Shown here: positions 14,435-27,860 of the stretch, in pieces
How the letters are laid out: every line of letters starts with the position of its first letter
How positions within the stretch are numbered: the stretch's first letter is position 1
Source of the DNA: Sphaerodactylus townsendi
Lineage: Eukaryota
Direction of reading: 5' to 3'
DNA: 64,000 nucleotides
Assembly (NCBI RefSeq): GCF_021028975.2
Contig: NC_059431.1
Location: 80,414,001-80,478,000, forward strand
Program-made: the position numbers and the translations under genes
Notes under the pieces: generated by a model
Databases searched by the model: none
What the model was told of the DNA's origin: nothing
Seen by the model: the letters and a program-made list of their open reading frames with translations, nothing else

Positions 14435-15230
14435 CACTGGCGTAATGCCCATTGGGCAAGGTGGGCAGCTGCCCAGGGCATCACCTTGTGGGGGGCATCA
14501 AAATGCTGGGTTCGTTTTGGGGTATTTTAGTGGTTTTCCTTTTTGGCCTGCAGGGGGCGCAGTTTTTAGGCTAGCGGCACCAAAATGTCAGCGCATCATC
14601 AGGAGACTGTCCTTATGCTACCCCCCAAGTTTGGTGAGGTTTGGGTCAGGGAGTCCAATGTTATGGACTCCCAAAGGGGGTGCCCCTATCCCCCATTGTT
14701 TCCAATGGGATCTAATAGGAGATGGGGGCTACAGTTTTGAGGATTCATAACTTTGGCCCCCCTGAACCAAACTGCACCAAACCTGGGGGGTATCATTAGG
14801 GAAGTCTCCTGATGAGACCCTGCAAGTTTTGAGACTGTGCCTTTAGAAATGTGCCCCTCCAGCCTGCAACCCCCATTGACAGCAATGCAGAAAACTCAAT
14901 GCAGAACAAAGATTCTTGGGCAAATTTCGGGATGTTCTTGCAGGGAGGGCATTCATGGATGTATCAGCACCAAACTTTCAGGGTATCATCTGGAGACTGT
15001 CATGATGGCACCCCCAAGGTTTGGTGCAGTTTGGTTCAGGGGGTCCAAAGTTATGGACCCTCGAAAGGGTAGCCCCCATCTCCTTAGCAAAGAATGGGGG
15101 ATGGGGCACCCCCTTTTAGGGTCCATAACTTTGGACCCCCTAAACCAAACTGCACCAAACCTGGGGGTGGGGGTCCCATCAGGACAGTTTCCAGATGATA
15201 CCCTGACATTTTGGTGCTGAAATGTGGAAA
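14435..15230. mobile_element. Non-autonomous DNA-transposon-like repeat carrying the GGGGTCCAAAGTTATGGACCC module
   Basis: Several direct and inverted copies of the module also seen inside other MITEs; hAT-like CACTGGCGTA start; boundaries approximate. Confidence 0.55.
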
Positions 15231-15249
15231 CAACTTTGGAACCTGCATT

Positions 15250-15640
15250 AAGGATCTTAAAAATCTAGATTGAACTCTTTCCAAAGTGCCAAACGAACAG
15301 TGAGAAGGTCCTAGGAAGGAACCATAAGTTAATTGGGGAATTAGTTTCGCTTTGTAAAGCTTGAGAGCTGCTGGAACATATGAGCCTCCATGGGTCTTGT
15401 GAAATTATAGAATACTGTTTGCAGTTTTCTTTTATAGCTTGTGCCTTATGGTGGAAATTTTTGGCACCGGAGGCCTGTATTGTTACCCCTAAATATGCAA
15501 ATCTGGTAACTTGATCTATTTTATTACCCTGGATTTGCCATTTTCTCATCTTTGGTCTTTTCCCAGACACAAGAATTTTAGTTTTTTGGAAATTTATTTC
15601 TAATTTTTCTTCTATAAAATAGCTGGACAATCTAAGAGTA
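15250..15640 (-). mobile_element. Decayed non-LTR retrotransposon RT C-terminal fragment
   Basis: LEINFQKTKILV...IDQVTRFAYLGV motif typical of the LINE RT thumb region; frameshifted. Confidence 0.7.
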
Positions 15641-17709
15641 CTGTTTGGAGAATCTAAGAGTACTGTTTGGGAAAGAAATTAATGATGCAAACCTAAAAAT
15701 GGTAGAGATCTTGGAATCAAGAGCGCAGCAATTAAAAGTGTTACTAACTTTCTATTCACATAGCACCCCTTTAAAAATGCTGCGCAAAAGAGCCTTTTTA
15801 GCATCTAGGGGGGTGTTTCTGGCCCATGTACTTAAGGATACTTTTATTCGTCCACTACTCTTTAATAAACCAGCTGCACAAAGAGATTGTGTACAATGCA
15901 ATCCTAAGAGAACTGTTTTGAAATTTTATTGTGGAAGGGTGCCTGGCTGGTTTTGTTGTATATCTTGCTGCCCAGAAATCCCTTTCTTTAATTGGAACTA
16001 TGACATTATTACATTTCAAGAGACTTGGACAGCTGCAGATATTGAGTTAGATTAATATTATTCTTACAGTGTTGGGGCATTGCAAGGAGTCAGGGAGGCT
16101 GAAGCGGGTTGGGGTTGTGTATTTTGATATCAACTGCTATTTTGATATCAACTGTTTTCTGAGAGAGTCAAATGTCTAGTGTGGGAGTCTGTAACCTGCT
16201 GTTCTACAGTGACTCTCTACCCAAGTAGACAACCAGCCAGCCAGAGCAGCACAGGAGTGAGTGCTTACAATTCTTTCATTCCCATTTATTGTAATTGTAC
16301 AATTACATTTTGTAATCTTGACAGATAAAAGGAAAAGGATTTGTTTTGGCTGCAAAGAGAAAAATTAATTAATGTTAATTAATTATAATTAAGGTGCCCT
16401 CTCACCTTTTGGGAACAAGAACTGATACTTAAGGATCTTTCAGGACTAATGCAGCCACTTCTAATAATCAGGAAGCAATTAAAAGGAAGCACCTTTCAAA
16501 CTGAGGAATAAAATTTAAAGGATACAAGAAAGTTGAATTTTTATCAGACAGTGGCAAACTGCAGCATGTTATATATGATTTTGCTTATGAGGAACGGATA
16601 GTTTCATATTTTTGTGAGAAATATAGTGCTATAAAAACTAACGAATGAGTGACTGTAGTTAAAGTGTTGAAAGTGTGAAATTAACCTAGAGGTTTTCCCT
16701 CTGGCAATCATATGGACATTTCCAAACATCCATTTTGAGAGCCAGAGAGTAAGAATGAGCAGTGCACACATTACAAAAAGGGGGGGGGGGTTGGATTTGC
16801 ATTTTGGGAAGTGCATAAATACTGGTATTTGAGGGTATTCAAACCCCTGATATTTGACATTTGGATTTGGGGGGGGGGTGCATTCTGGAATTATTTGACT
16901 TATCCTACACTGGCCATGTGAGTCTCAAACTAGGAGCTGGGCTTGGTTCAATCTTAGCTCTTTTCTGTGGTAGCATGCCTGCCTGTGACAGAAAAACAAG
17001 GTAGTGCAGCTTGGGTCTCTGTACCTTCCACCACTTCTGGGAGTGCTAAGCAAGGCCGGGAAAGAGCCATGCTCCCACAGGCAACCCTTCCAGAATTGTC
17101 AAGATGGAAGAGTGTCAGAATGTAAAAATAAGTAATAAAAACTTTGATCCAGCAGAACTGCATTCCCAATCCACTTTCTATGTAGCTCCAGACCCATCAC
17201 CTGTATCTGCCCTGTTTCTGACATATTTGCTTTTGCAGCTGGGAGGCATAGGTCTGAAGAGGGAAAAGGTGACATGTGAATGAGCCAGAGTGGAGTTATG
17301 TCAGTGCAGGCCAAGTAAAGAACTAAGGGGAATGTTTGACCTAGTGCTGATTTAGCACTGTTACCTGTGCTTTCAATTTAAGTCTTCAAAAATCTGTATT
17401 CCTTGCCTCATAGAGCAAACAAACCTTTGACACATATCCTGTTTTCTTAAGCATAACAGTCAACAATTCTTTGTACACTAGTACAGTAAGATAGATAAGG
17501 AAGTAGTATTCTTAAAAATGTGCCAAGAAGCAAGTATAGATTGCTTTTCTATTCGTTATAATAGTACAGTATTGAGTTGTCATTGTATAGTTGGTGAAAA
17601 CGTTCTGCAGGATCCTGATGTCAGTTTGCCTATATATGCTTCTGCTTTTTGCTTGTAAAGTTGTCAGTGTCTCAAACTTTCTTAGGAACAGATGCTCACC
17701 TTGGTCATC

Positions 17710-17778
<69 letters not shown>
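17710..17778 (+). repeat. (ATCA)n tetranucleotide microsatellite
   Basis: About 17 perfect ATCA units. Confidence 0.97.
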
Positions 17779-17779
<1 letters not shown>

Positions 17780-17862
17780 GAGTTTCTATTCCAGTTAGTC
17801 ATGATTTGAACTCATCTTTGAACCCAGCTAAAATGTGTGCTTTCCCCATCAGGTCCTATCAG

Positions 17863-19875
17863 CAGTGGCATATCGACAGAAAATGGAGCCCAAGGGAAGA
17901 ACTGAGTTTTCTGGGGGCCACCCTCACCCATGGGCAGCAAAGCTGCCCTCCCCACCTTCTCACATTCCCCCCTTTTATCCTCCCTGTCCTCCCTCTGTGC
18001 ACATGCCACCCCTTCCAGCAGGGACGTAGGTATAGATTTTTTTATGGGGGAGTTCGGGGGTGGGGCCACCCCCTCACCCTTAGGGCATTACCACACCTCC
18101 CCAAGCCCTGCCCCCGGCCTAGCGCTTATAAAAGCACCTCTCCGAGGTCTGGGATGGCAGACTCCCCTCCCCTGCCCCTCCCCTCTGGGCAGAGGCATAG
18201 AGGGAAAATGGAGCCTGGTGCAAAATCTGAGTTTTGCGCCCCCCACATGGGCAGCCGCTGTGATGCTGGAATCCACCCCTAAACAGCATCACTTTCAATG
18301 GTGTTTAAATTAAAGAGCCCAAATTCTCCTTTTAAATCCACCTTAAAGGGAGAATCTGGCGTCCCCAGTTAAACAACATTGAAAGTGATGCTGTTTTGGG
18401 GTGGATTATCCCCCACCCTGAAACAGCTTCACTTTCAATGTGGCATAGTGGTTAAGAGCAGGTGCATTCTGGAGGAACCGGGTTTGATTCCCTGCTCTGT
18501 CACTTGAACTGTGGAGGCTTATCTGGGGAATTCAGATTAGCCTGTCCACTCCCACACACGCCAGCTGGGTGACCTTGGGCTAGTCACAGCTTTTCGGAGC
18601 TCTCTCAGCCCCACCCACCTCACAGGGTGTTTGTTGTGAGGGAGCAAGGGCGAGGAGATTGTAAGCCCCTTTGAGTCTCCTACAGGAGAGAAAGGGGGGA
18701 TATAAATCCAAACTCTTCTTCTTCTTCTAAACTTAGGACCTCGGATTCTCCCTTTAAATCCATGCCGAAGGGGGTGGATTTAAAAGGAGAATCTGGGGAA
18801 ATTTGGGGGGTGCCTGCTGTCAGGGGTGCAATGGTTAAGCTAGAAGCACCAAACTTTCAGGGTATCTTTAGGAGTCTCAAGTTTGGTGAAGTTTGGTTCA
18901 GGGGGTCCAAAGTTATGGACCCTCGAAGGTGTAGCCCCATCTCCTATTCGCTCCCATTGGAAACAATGGGGGATGGGGGCACCCCCTTTGGGAGTCCATA
19001 GCTTTGGACTCCCTGGACCAAACTTCACAAAACCTGGGTGGTATCAGTAGGAGACTCTCCCAATAGTACATCCCAGGCTTGGTGAAGTTTGGTTCATGAT
19101 GTCCAAAGTTATGGACCCTCAAAGATGTAGCCCCCATCTCCTATTAGCTCCCATTGGAAACATTGGGGGCACCCCCTTTGGGAGTCCATAACTTTGGACC
19201 CCCTAAACCAAACCTCACCAAACCCAGGTAGTATCATCAGGAGAGTCCCCCAAACAATCCCTGAACGTTTGGTGCTGCTAGCCCAAACAATGCGCCCCCT
19301 GCAGGCCAAAAGCCCAAAAAGCACTAAAATGTTTTAAAAACCCACAAACGGAGGGGCGGAGCTTCGGACATGAATGGGGTGGTTCAAACCCGAGAACCCC
19401 CCCTTACCTACATCCATGCCTTCCAGCCAATTAGTGCCCTGCCCCCTTATTCTGCAGGCCCGGCCCATCTCCATGCCAGCCTGCTTCTTCCCAGCCCCAC
19501 CCATGGCCTTCCTGTTAGGCATGGGGATCGTCCTCAAGTCTGCTGGGTCACCCTGGGCTGCTGGGCTCTTGCGGCTCACACCTGAGCCGCCCACTGAGGG
19601 GCCACTCGCCGCTCAGTTGTCTGCTGCGGCCACAGGCCTCCTGTCCTCCCCAGTCTTGCTTACTAGCTGCCTCCACTCCCAGCTCACCCTTCAGCTCAGG
19701 GTAGGTTGCTGGTAGCTGGGGTGGGGCAGCTGGGCGAGTCTGAAGCGGGGGTTGCCCCCAAACTCCGACACAGGGAGTAAGGAAGAGAGGTGTGGAGGGT
19801 GATTTTCACCCCATATGACTAAATGGCTGCCTGGGACATTTGACCCCATATGTCCCCCTGGGTGGTATGCTCCTA
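17863..19875. mobile_element. Composite non-autonomous hAT element (~2 kb)
   Basis: Perfect 8-bp TSD CCTATCAG (17855-17862, 19876-19883), degenerate TIRs CAGTGGCATATC / GGTATGCTCCTA; contains a SINE and arrays of the shared internal module. Confidence 0.7.
18440..18728 (+). mobile_element. Squam3-like tRNA-derived SINE, near full length
   Basis: Pol III A-box TGGCATAGTGG, B-box GGTTTGATTCC, CORE-like GGGTGACCTTGGGCTAGTCAC, (CTT)n tail. Confidence 0.8.
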
Positions 19876-22084
19876 CCTATCAGCCCAGGTTGGTCCCAGT
19901 GATTCCAGACAACCATACTGCAGTGGTGGCTTGAATATAAACTTCCTGTCAACTGGCTTCCAGATCTCAGTACACCCTGTAGTCAAGATTGCTGGCTTTA
20001 AATTGCACTTATATTGATATTACAGTTCCAAAGATACCCCCCTACACACACACCAATGAAAAAGGCAAAGTAATTAGCTGACCACAGGCTGCTAAAGAAG
20101 GGGGCCATAACTTAGGTCTAATATTATGTCTCCCTCCCCCCACACTTTCTGCTGTAGCTGCTGCAGCCTGAGGACAAAGAGGCTTGTTATTTCCAAGCAC
20201 TTGCTGTTATTATATCAATATCTTGAAATATCAATATGAGAGTTTTGGCTAAGTCCATGTGAGTAAGCTTCCTTCTGTGAATTGAAGCAACCAGCAATGT
20301 GGGGGGGGGGGGCAAGGGAGAAGGTGTGAATGGCAGTGCAAGGGAATGGGAAGTGTGGCAATGGGCAGAAGGAAGATATCTGGGGTAAAGCTGTGCTCAC
20401 TGGCAAATTTATCCCACTCTGGCAGTGAAGCAAATTAAAATTGGGCTTGAAGTGGTCTTGCTTACTGCAGAGAGAATGGAAAGTGAAAGCAGGGCTTGAG
20501 GAAATGCATCTGTACAAGAAATCTTGCCATGATGGACATTCGCTCCCACCGCACAGAAGATACCTTGTACATAATTGACCTTAGAGTATGAGGGGCCTCT
20601 AAATAAAAATGAACTTAATTACCATTTTAGTAATGTTATGGGGTCTCTTAAGCTTGATATATCATATGGCCCTTAGCATGTCTTAATCTGAGATAGTCCC
20701 CTAGGAGGTTATGTCTGTTAGATACAGAGGCTTCTATAGGCAGATGATCCTTACTGAAGCTCATTATTGGACAATTCATAAGTAGTTGGGCCTGATGATA
20801 CTAAGCTCTTTCCTTTCTCCAGCCACCAGGACATGGCACATAAAAGTTATACTGGCTGAAAAAGGATGGCTATAGAATCAGGACTGCAGCTGAAGTTCTG
20901 GCAAATCCAAGCTCATTTCCTTCCTTTCTCCAGCTTGAGAACTAAGATGGAATAGTTAATTATATAGCTGGTCAAGTGGAATAGCTGTTTTCTACTGGCT
21001 GATTGGTTCAATATGGAAAGTCAGGAGAGCTGCTAAGCACTCTAATGAGTAGACAGGACCAGACTAATACCTTCTATTTCCTCAGATTCCAAACAATTAC
21101 AATTAAGTTGGAACTTCTGAGGGCTAGAAATGGAGGAGCTTATGGACAAGTAGATCATTATGGCAGAACAACTCATATGTGACAGTTTGAGCAGTAGAAA
21201 TGGAACTATTTAAACTGTAGTGTGATCAAGAAGCCCCACAAAATGGACAATTAACGTGCTTCTCACCCTGGTACCACCTTTATCATTTCCTCCCTCTGAG
21301 TAGACTTTATATCGAAAATAGCTTCTACAAGGATTAAGACAGCAGAGGAGAAGAAGTTTGGTGGCAAATGAAAGGTGGAGAAAGGATACATAACACCCCA
21401 ACCACTTGCCTTCCAATGCTGCTTTTTATATGACACCCACGTAATTTGCTGACTGAAAATGTCCTAACTCAGTCTACTTTAGTTCACTCCCTCCCAGGAT
21501 GGAAATGTTTAAGCATTCCTCTTCTTGTTTTACCATTTCAAGCTCATCTTTATTCATGCTTTTCATGTTCCATGTGCCTATTATATGCATCAAACAGCTT
21601 TGGACTTCTGCATCCATTCACATCAATAAATGAACATTCTTTTGACTTTAATCCAGTTTCATCATTAAGAGTACTGTTCCTCGTAGTTGTCCTCCTTTCT
21701 TCCCCAGTAGCTGACTGAGTGCCATTCATCCTGGAAATATGATCTTTCAGCACAATATCTTTTTTGATTTTGGATTGTCTCATAAGGTTTTCAAGGTATG
21801 GGTTGGGAAGAAATGGTTTACCATTGCCTTCTGCACAGCACTAATCAGGGTTATCTGTAATGGCACTCTCATTGTCTACAAAAGATCTTCCACCAATGTC
21901 ACTTTTCATTACTGCTGCTGCCCCCCAGCTAGCCTTCAAGATTCCTCCATCCTCATCACCACTAAAATTATTTGTTCTCTTCTGTTGAGAGATACCATGG
22001 GCCACCAAAAATACAATAAGTGGGTTCAAAATCAAATTCAGGTCAAATAACACAATGTGCCAATCAGTAATTAGTTCAGAAGCT

Positions 22085-22280
22085 AACATGACTAAATTGA
22101 GGCAATAGTACTTTGGTCACATTATGAAAAGACAAGAGTCACTGAAAAAGATGGTAATGCTAGGAAGATTGGTAAGTTTGCAAGACCAAAGCTAGGCTGT
22201 TAATGACAGGATGCTTTGGAGAACATTGATTCATAGGATCACCATGAATTGGAAGCAACTTGATGGCATTTAGCACATAA
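22085..22280 (+). mobile_element. RTE/BovB-like LINE 3' fragment
   Basis: Encodes degenerate YFGHIMKRQESLKK..MLG, typical of the RTE-clade C-terminus. Confidence 0.6.
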
Positions 22281-23684
22281 ATGTGCCACTATCCAAGTGT
22301 TCTATAATACCTGGTTGGGTCCATAGAACAAGTTGAACAGTCATATTGGCCTATGCAAAATCCAAAAATGAGAACAAAATCCATGTAATACCTTTCATTA
22401 GGGCCAACTAAATTGCTTGCACAATGTCATGAGTATATTGGGTTGTTCAATTCCAAATAAAAAGAATCACACAGATTTCATCCTTGCTTTTGATCTATAG
22501 AGCCAACATTGTTGCTTATGCTCTGACAACAAACAGAATCAAGGTGATGCCCTTTCTGCTTCTAGTCACTTAGGCTGTGCTTTATTTGTTGCACAATTTA
22601 CATTGGGCTTAGGCAGCAAATCAGTGAAATAAAAAATGCTTTTATTTTGACATCTGCAGAAGAATTAGTATTAATGACTGGAACTAAGAGCCAAAATACC
22701 TGAAATACTGATTCACTTGTTTTTCCTTTAGCATTTTCCTTCATTCAGCTTTTCCACACATTAGCTGTAGGAATATCATTTTTCAAGATTAGAGGGAATG
22801 GTTTTTGACTTGAACTGCTACTGAGGGGTGGGGGGGGTGTTATTGCCTCTCCCCAGTTGGCTTCCCCCCCCCCAAAAAAAAACCCCTTCCTCAAGGGAGT
22901 TATTTACATAACTTTGAAGAAGCACTTGCTTGAAATTATCCATGTGCTGGTCAAAAACCAGAGACAGATAGTGAAAAAATGTCTGGTATATTTTGGCCCT
23001 AGGAGTCCCATCCAAAAGGGAGGGGAATCTGGTCTTGGGAATGGTGGGATTATTTTTCATTATTTCTTGATTCATTCAGCCTGTGCTTACCTTGCAGGGA
23101 CATAGGTAAGGGGGCGTCTTGGGTTCAAACCTCTCCCATTACATGTCCAGCTTGCTTGAAACAATGCATGGAATGGATCAGCCGGAACGCCCTCAGTCAC
23201 CGAACCCACCCATAAAAAATGTATACCTACGTCACTGCTTGCCTGTCTCTGTCTTGCGAGTTTTCTGGCCATGAGTCATATATTGGTCTTTAAAAATTAA
23301 CTTTAGGGCTGCAGTAAGCTGCCAGCAGAAGAACGTGTGATAAACTAGTCCAAAGAATGACCCATATTGTAACTATGAGAATGAGTCTCACATCCCAAAG
23401 ATTCTTAAAAGCTGTTATACTTACAGTATGTGTGTTTTGCCAAACATCTGTCTTCTATTGATCATCTCAAAGCAAGCTAGAGAATTTCACCATCCAGCTC
23501 AGTGATGAAAGCTAGAAAACAGAAGTGATTTTCAGCTAACGTAAGTGAAAAGATAAATTGACCACATGTAACATGAGATCCTTCATTTTAAAAAAAGAAA
23601 TGTATGTGCATTGGCTAAATATTTATCTGACTTTCTTTTAGCCTTCCAAAGCATCTCAATCAGAGGAATCTAAAAAAACTAAGC

Positions 23685-23696
23685 ATGCAATCTAAT
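23685..23696 (+). CDS. IL33: IL-33-like cytokine, putative start-codon exon (exon 23642-23696; MQSN)
   Basis: Acceptor CTTTCTTTTAG| at 23641, strong donor AAT|GTAAGT at 23697, phase 0 matching the next exon; ATG at 23685 has A at -3. The frame is open back to the acceptor, so an upstream coding exon cannot be excluded. Confidence 0.5.
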
Positions 23697-24152
23697 GTAA
23701 GTATGAGAATGAATCAGCTGTACATAGCATAAGATTCTTAAAGCATTTTAAAAAAGATTTATGTTTGCCTGCATGGTAGAGTTCTTAAAATGACCATTAA
23801 GCAGTAGTGATTTTAAAACTTTGCAATAATGCAACAAAAGATCCTGATTTTTGGGGGGAAGTCTATACAATTTCCCTACCTTTGAAACAGATACTAATAA
23901 ATTTTGGTTGTGGGGAGGCACTGAACTTGCCAGCTACATTTCTGTCTACCTGAGGGCTTGGAAAGATCCAGCTCTCCTAAGCCCCCAACTTTTATGTGGT
24001 TATTTCTACTGCCACCTTTCTAGTATTAAAAAGTGTCTCTTGCAGAAGGAGAAGCACTTCAGTTTTCTTTATCACAGTACTACTTAAAGGCTCTGTCTTT
24101 TTTTTTCCTTTGTCTCCTTTTCATTTGCCACAAGGGTATTTACTCCATAGGA

Positions 24153-24750
24153 CAGTGGTGGCGAACCTTTGGCACTCCAGATGTTATGGACTACAATTCC
24201 CATCAGCCCCCGCCAGCATGGCCAATTGGCCATGCTGGCGAAGGCAATGAAATTGTAGTCCCTAACGCTGGAATATAAGGTCTCCTACCCATTTCTATAA
24301 GACATAGATGGCGAACCTCTGGCACTCAGATGTTATGGACTGCAATTCCCATCAGCCCCGCCAACTGGCCAGTGGCCATGCTGGCGAGAACTATTAAGTG
24401 TAGTCTAACATCTGAGTAAGAATGCTCCCTACGACTACTCTCGAACATAGGTGGCGAACCTCTGGCACGGGTGCCAGCAGTGGCACTCAGAGCCCTCTCT
24501 GTGGGCACTCACAAACAGTTCGACATGTGGGGGGGAATAGCCCCCCCACATCTAGACTAGTCTGGGCTGCTGGGCTTGATCATTAGCATTAAACCTAAGA
24601 CCTCGTTTTGGGGAAGCAGTGTAGGTAACCCTGTTAAGCACTGCTAAACCCCACTAATTTTCATGCGAAGAACTAAAGCACGATCCTTTATATGGGAGTA
24701 AGCTCGGTTGTGGCAATGGGGCTTGCTTCTAAGTAAACCCTTGCTGGGTT
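24153..24750. mobile_element. Cluster of degenerate hAT MITEs
   Basis: Three tandem CA(G/T)..(G/A)TGGCGAACC starts; two resemble the 5709 palindrome, the third resembles the 29415 element. Confidence 0.7.
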
Positions 24751-24759
24751 GTGAGTCAC

Positions 24760-25530
24760 CCATTCAAAGAGTTGCATGGTCCAGTTCTTCAACTGCAGAT
24801 TTTTTGGGATGGTTAAACTGACAGTGTCTTCCGTGTTCCTTAATTCGGGTGTGAATGCTGCATTTTGTGGTTCCTATGTAGACCTCTCCACAGCTACAGG
24901 GTATGTGATATACTCCTGCAGAAGTGAGGGGGTCTCTCTTGTCCTTTGCTGAGCGTAGCATTTGCTGTATTTTCCTGGTGGGTTTGAAGATGGCTTGTAG
25001 GTAATGCTTTTTCATTAGTTTCCCTATTTGATCTGTGATTCCCTTGGTGTATGGTAGAAATATTTTTTCCTGTGGTAGGCTGTTTCTCCTCAGTCCTCTG
25101 GGTTTCTCTTGGTCTTAAAGATCTTCTGATTTCTGTTGTGGAGTAGCCATTAGCCTGCAGAGCCCAATCTAGATGGTTGATTTCATCAGAGAGGAGATGA
25201 GCTTCACAAATTCGTTTTGCACGATCTGTGAAAGTTTTGATTATGCCCCTTTTCTGTTGTGGATGATGATTGGAGTTTTTATGTAGATATCGATCTGTGT
25301 GTGTCGGTTTTCTGGTTTTCTGTATACTGTGTGGCCCAATTGTTGGTTGGGTCTGCGAAAGACCAAGACATCTAAAACAGGCAGTTTCCCTTCTGTCTGG
25401 GGGCGGCCGAGATGCCTCACCCCGAACCTGTCCAGCTGGAAGTATGATGATTTCTGGATCTGAGCTGAGAATCTTAATAGCATTTCTTTCCTTTCGTGTA
25501 ATATTGCTGGAGGGAAGTTTTGCTTTTCGC
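24760..25530 (-). mobile_element. Penelope-like retroelement fragment (RT C-terminus plus GIY-YIG endonuclease)
   Basis: GVYHIPCSCGEVYIGTT..IHTRIKEH (GIY-YIG) and RKPTHTDRYLH.NSNHH.QQK (PLE RT thumb); frameshifted. Confidence 0.88.
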
Positions 25531-26291
25531 AAAAATATTGCAAAAACAACAAGAATATTGCAAAAACAGCAAGAATATTGTGTAAGAAAGCGAGAGCCAA
25601 CAGCAGCAGTTACAATTCCTGGATCTCATATTCAAAATAACCCCACCCCACCCCCTACCCCGCCAAAAAAACACATTAAGTGCAGAATTTAATTCCAAAA
25701 TAGCAGAGAAAAATAATATTAATCAACTTCAGCCATCATTACTGTGGGATCAAATTTTCATGGTAAACCAGGGTAGTAAAAACTGTGAACTCTAGAAATA
25801 AAAGAACACAGATGCTGAGGTGCACGTGATGTGATCATGGACAAGGACTGAACACTTGGGAACCACGGCTCACTAGAACAGCGTCTGACATGCAGAAACT
25901 CTTGGGTTCAATCTCTGTCACCTCCATTAAAAAAAAAGATTGTGTAGTAGGTGATGTGAAAGACCTCAACCACTCTGGAGAGCTGTTTCCAGTTTGAATA
26001 GGCAGTACAGACCTTGGTGGACCAATGGTCTGATTTAGTGTAAGCCAGCTTCATGAGCTTACTCAGGAAAGATTCTTTTAAGTAATTGTTTCCTGGTAGG
26101 AAGGGAAATCTTCCTCGTGTGTGCAGCTTTTTGTACTGCAAACACTGATCATTCCTCTTGCTCATAAAAATGTACAGAGAAGCTCTTACATGAATTCCAA
26201 TGGTGCATTACTCTAGATTTTAAGAGTAAATTGCTTCTTAAAGAGATGGCTATCATCAGCTTAGCATAATTGAAATCATGTATTTTTCTAG

Positions 26292-26403
26292 AAATCAACT
26301 GGACGTTTTCAATATAGAGGCCAGGTTATGAAATGTGTATTAAAAGCCAACTCCAAAGTGGTGCATTTTGGTTCAGCTGGAATATCTCTTCAGGATTCAC
26401 AAG
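26292..26403 (+). CDS. IL33: IL-33-like cytokine exon (KSTGRFQYRGQVMKCVLKANSKVVHFGSAGISLQDSQ/G)
   Basis: Acceptor TATTTTTCTAG|, donor CAAG|GTATGT, 112 nt, phase 0 to 1. Aligns without gaps to human IL-33 TYNDQSITFALEDESYEIYV (Y..Q.h.h.L...S..h.h). Confidence 0.75.
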
Positions 26404-26966
26404 GTATGTTTTGCATAATTCAACATTACAAGTTAGTGTATATATGTTTCTCATGTTGACCTTTTGCTAAATGTTTACTTAAATTTCCTTATTGTCCAGA
26501 GTCCCACTTTGCTCTCTGGGCCTTGCCCAAGGAGATTTGGGGTGTGCCTCACCATAGGTGGTAGGACAACAAGGACCGAGTCAATATTATGGGCTCCTCA
26601 AGGAAATGTGGACTTGCAGAACCAGCATGGAGTTGGCAGAGATGCCCGGCCCTGACTTTGTTCTCCTGCTTGGCTGATGAGGGGAGGGAGAAGGGAGGCA
26701 TGATGATTTCTGATAAAGCCAGGTGGGTCTCATAATTGCTCTAGGAGTGGTGTGGGAATTTTTCCATTAATAAAGACAGGTTTATAAAACCATTGATTCA
26801 TGTGTTATTTTTCTCAAGGCTAATGCTGTAGGTTTACTGTAAAAAAAAAAAGACTGTTTGCCCACAAAATCCTAAAAGTAAACTCTCAGCCCTACTGTGT
26901 CAAAACATTTTAAACTTTAATGTTTAAAGTGATTTAAACTTAAAATCTACAACTCAGCATGATGAT

Positions 26967-27225
26967 GATGAAGAAGAAGAGTTTGGATTTATATCCCCCC
27001 TTTCTCTCCTGTAGGAGACTCAAAGGGGCTTACAATCTCCTTGCCCTTCCTCGACAACAAACACCCTGTGAGGTAGGTGGGGCTGAGAGAGCTCCAAAAA
27101 GCTGTGACTAGCCCAAGGTCACCCAGCTGGCGTGTGTGGGAGTGTACAGGCTAATCTGAATTCCCCAGATAAGCCTCCACAGCTCAAGCGGCAGAACTGG
27201 GAATCAAACCCGGTTGCTCCAGATC
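26967..27225 (-). mobile_element. Squam3-like SINE
   Basis: Reverse complement of the 18440 copy with a GAA/GAT tail. Confidence 0.8.
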
Positions 27226-27419
27226 AGATGTGTTTCCTTTGTGATCTTTGAGGATTAATAAATGCCTCATCATTAATTTTTGCTAACATCTGATCATGAA
27301 AGAAACCTTACAAACATATTTAGTGAAGATTTGGATAAGACTAGCAAAAAAAGTCCACCAAAGTGTTGTTTTCAATATTAAAAAGCACCAGCCCTAACCT
27401 AATACCAATGCATATGGGA

Positions 27420-27860
27420 TCCCGCTTCTTATTTCCCTCCATTGAACAAAGGGTCTATTCTTTTCGTTCCTGTTGCTTACCCAGTTTTTAATCCAGTTGC
27501 TTGACCAGTTTTTAATCCATAACAAGACCTGTCCTCTTATCCCCTGATTGTTAAGCTTAGGAGTCTTTAGTGATGTGAAAAGCTTCTAAAAGTCCAAATG
27601 TAATGTTTATTGGCTCACTGTTATCTATATTTTATTCACTTTCTCAAAAGGTTGGTGAGGCAAGACTTCCCTTTGTAGAAGCCATGCTGATTTCCCTTCA
27701 GCAGGCTTCATTCATCTGTGTGCCTGATAATTCTTTGATTATAGTTTCTACCAGTTTGCCTGGAACAGAAGCTAGGCTAAGTGGACTGTAATTTCCTGGT
27801 TCCTCTCTGAACCCTTTTTTTAAAAAAAGAAAAAAAAACTGGTGTAATGTTCACTCCTAG
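27420..27860 (-). mobile_element. CR1 LINE fragment
   Basis: Reverse complement resembles 49200-49520 (NYSPLSLASVPGK, QHGF, GIRGQVLLWIKNW). Confidence 0.7.

Noticed and set aside
13879-16269. Interrupted solo LTR (TGTAAC...TTACA); similar candidate at 51156-51865
   Set aside because: No matching target-site duplications, so boundaries are unsupported.
14600-19300. Regularly spaced repeats as a CRISPR-like array
   Set aside because: Eukaryotic DNA; spacers are themselves homologous, units alternate in orientation and there are no cas genes.
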